From: Lama guanicoe
Lineage: Eukaryota
Length of the DNA: 64,000 bases
Direction: 5' to 3'
Assembly (NCBI GenBank): GCA_013239625.1
Contig: MU053065.1
Location: 62,001-126,000 of the forward strand
Made by a program: the position numbers and the translations under genes. Shown here one piece after another: positions 61,578 through 64,000 of this stretch; position 1 is the stretch's first letter, and the number at the start of each line of letters is the position of its first letter. The notes below the pieces were generated by a model. It was not told the origin of the DNA. It searched no databases and saw only the letters and a list, made by a program, of their open reading frames with translations.

Positions 61578-64000
61578 AGACCGTGTGAGCTGAATTAATG
61601 GAGTTACATGGGAATGAATATTGCCTAGAGAGGTATCTTTGGGGCATAAACACTTGGATAACCAGGAACGAAAGCCAATGGGCAAAAATGAAGATACAGG
61701 ATTCCTAAGGGATGAGGGAGAAGAGGGTCAGAAGAGGGAGGTGGAGCGTGAAGTACCATGGGATGGTTAATAACTGTACTGGGACAAAGGCTGGATCATA
61801 CAGGGCAAATTAGGAAATATGATCATTTTATATAAAGTTAAAAAAAAAACCCCTACGGCCTGGTGGCAACCGTTTGCTGACACTTATCACCACATATATG
61901 ACAAGTTCAATATTACCAGCCTTAATTTTTGACCTCCACATCATTCACCTATTACTGACTTTCATGAGCAAAAGGAAATGCCAGGTAAGTCTGTGCATCC
62001 TCACCGCGCATTCTTTACAGAGATTGCTTGTCCAGGAGTCGGTGTAAAAGGCTGATGTGGCCAAGATCAGGTTTTGGTCATCAGGAGAGTGAGTTAGAGT
62101 CCCTCTCTTTTAGGGTCCAGACTTCATTCTCAGAACTGCTGGTGAAGATCTGTGCTCCTGGCTCTTTGTCTTGCGGTAATTTTAAGCCAGAAGCTGGCAT
62201 GATGGACTGCTGGGCGTCTCTGCAGTGACTGTTGCAATATATTGTCATCACGGAAGTGTTGAAAGGTAACATCCACTAACAGGTATCTTAAGCTGTTAGT
62301 ATTTTCAAATCCATTCGCTAGGTCCATTATACATATTTGGTAAACAATGCGTGGAACCTCAGCTTGTAAACCGTAATTTGAGGGGTAGTTACAATAGGAA
62401 GCAAGACTAAATTCTTTTCTATTTTGAACCAATCCTGAAGCAGGGCTTCTGGACCAGCTTTCACCCTGGGAAGTTGAGGGACTGAGGCTGAACTACCTGG
62501 GACGGGGCTGAAATAATTACAGAGAGGTCACGGGCCATCTGCTTTCTTAGGAATACTCAGTGGTGCTCCTCAATACCAGAGAGCTGTGACCTTGCAGGCT
62601 TGGGAGCCTGAGTGGGACAGGATGCTGGGAATTTGCTGTGGCCAAAAGAGCCCCAGAGAGCCCTCGGTCACTTGAGTCCCTGGGGCCAGCCTGTGGCGAC
62701 AGCTACCATCAGGAGAGATTTATTGTAGCCGAACCTCTTCCTGCTGCTCATCTCTCCCTAGTGGTCTGTACCCCAGTAGGACTCACACCAGCTGGACGCC
62801 CGCCGTGAGACACCCCAAAGAGATGAGGGCACGTGTAGGAAGGAGTGGACCCTTGACGGGACGTGGACAGTACTTGCAGACCTCTCGCCCCCCCAGGGCT
62901 TCCTGTCTGGCAGCAGACCGGACAGGGTTGCCCATCGATGTGCAGAGAAGCCATCTCCTCCTGCTTTTTAAAAAGAACATTCTGTGGTGAGATTTCTCAA
63001 ACTAGAGATTCTGGTGCCAGTGAGCTCTCTGTGAGAAAAAATTTGTATTTTTATTTAAATAGCAATAGAAGTGTATTCTGGATCATCTAAATGGTTCTCC
63101 TGCATGTTTAGTCTTGTGTTTGTGTTTAGAACTGAGTGAACACCGAGCAATTCTGTTTTAACCAGGGAGCTCGTGAGAAAGGACAAAAGCAGACTTCATA
63201 TATGAATGACACATTTATGCCGAGCGAGGGCCACGTAACATCACAGGAGGCTGGGGAACCAAACGGTTTGCAGAACCTTCAGGGAGAAAAGCGCCGGGGA
63301 GTTGCCTTCGCCCAGCGCCTGGCAGCCGCCCGACAGCAAGTCCCGCTGCAGCTGGTGACGAGGGAGGCAGGGCCATCGGTCACAGGAGACTAGACTCAGA
63401 ATCTAAAAGCTTCTGGCTTTATTGCTTGGTTCACACTCACTTTATAGGTTGGTATTTTTCCTTTTTCTTTTCAGGCTGGTATTTTTTATAGTCACATAAG
63501 CTCATTAAGCAGGAGTCTGTACTTAGTTGCACGTGCAGGCAGGGATGGTGAACGAGCCTGGATGCGGGGCCGACTTTCTGGGTCTCAGTCTGAGCTGGGT
63601 AACACCAGGAAGGCTCTTTGTGCCCTAATTTCTTCATCTGAGGGAGAATAATGGTAGTGTCTACTATTTGGAGGAGTAACGACATACCTGTAAATTATGA
63701 GACTAGTGTCCCGGCCGGCTAGGGGTCCCTATGGTAAATACAATTTAGTTCAGAAATAAGTGAAGATCCAGCAGTGTGAGAAGTCTTCTCTGTTGGATAA
63801 ATTAAAGTGTATAAAATAATAAGTAACACTTACATAGCATATCATGTTTCTAAAGAACTTTTTCAGATCTATCATTCTACTTAGTCTTCAAAGTCTGCCC
63901 TGAAAGTTAGATAATATATATTTGTATTTGTTGTTGTTGTTAGTTATGAAGATGAGGAGGCTAAAGCTTGGACCACTGAAGTGATGTGACTTGAAAAATA

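Noticed and set aside
52000..64000. Expected neighbouring gene (CCDC7 by recalled human synteny)
   Set aside because: No recognisable coding exons or further promoter island in this part; it probably lies beyond the window.
1..64000. Prokaryotic-type systems (CRISPR arrays, operons, defence islands)
   Set aside because: The sequence is mammalian with an intron-exon gene and interspersed repeats; no regularly spaced repeat-spacer array is present.

Overview
Mammalian genomic DNA, most likely a camelid (camel/alpaca), judged from 11 copies of a tRNA-Ala(AGC)-derived Vic-1-type SINE. The window holds the 5' end of EPC1 (Enhancer of Polycomb homolog 1, NuA4/TIP60 subunit) on the minus strand. 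Coding exon 1 (25559-25711, 51 codons) lies in a CpG island, and 1-25558 is intron 1; I did not find exon 2 in the window. A second CpG island about 25.5 kb upstream (~51340-51900) leads into a candidate alternative first exon whose only coding content is ATG followed by a perfect GTAAGT donor (51203-51205). It is phase-compatible with exon 2 and predicts an EPC1 lacking its first ~50 residues. The most interesting signals are translational. The main leader has a 9-codon uORF with three in-frame AUGs of increasing Kozak strength folded into a hairpin, plus a second uORF that stops 1 nt before the main AUG. The alternative leader has out-of-frame uAUGs whose frames overlap its start codon. The rest is interspersed repeats (L1, L2, MIR, MaLR/ERV LTRs, hAT/Tigger MITEs), including a 5'-inverted L1 with an apparently foreign 3' end. 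Nearly all other ORFs in the track are spurious. Repeat family names come from recalled consensus sequences and repeat boundaries are approximate.
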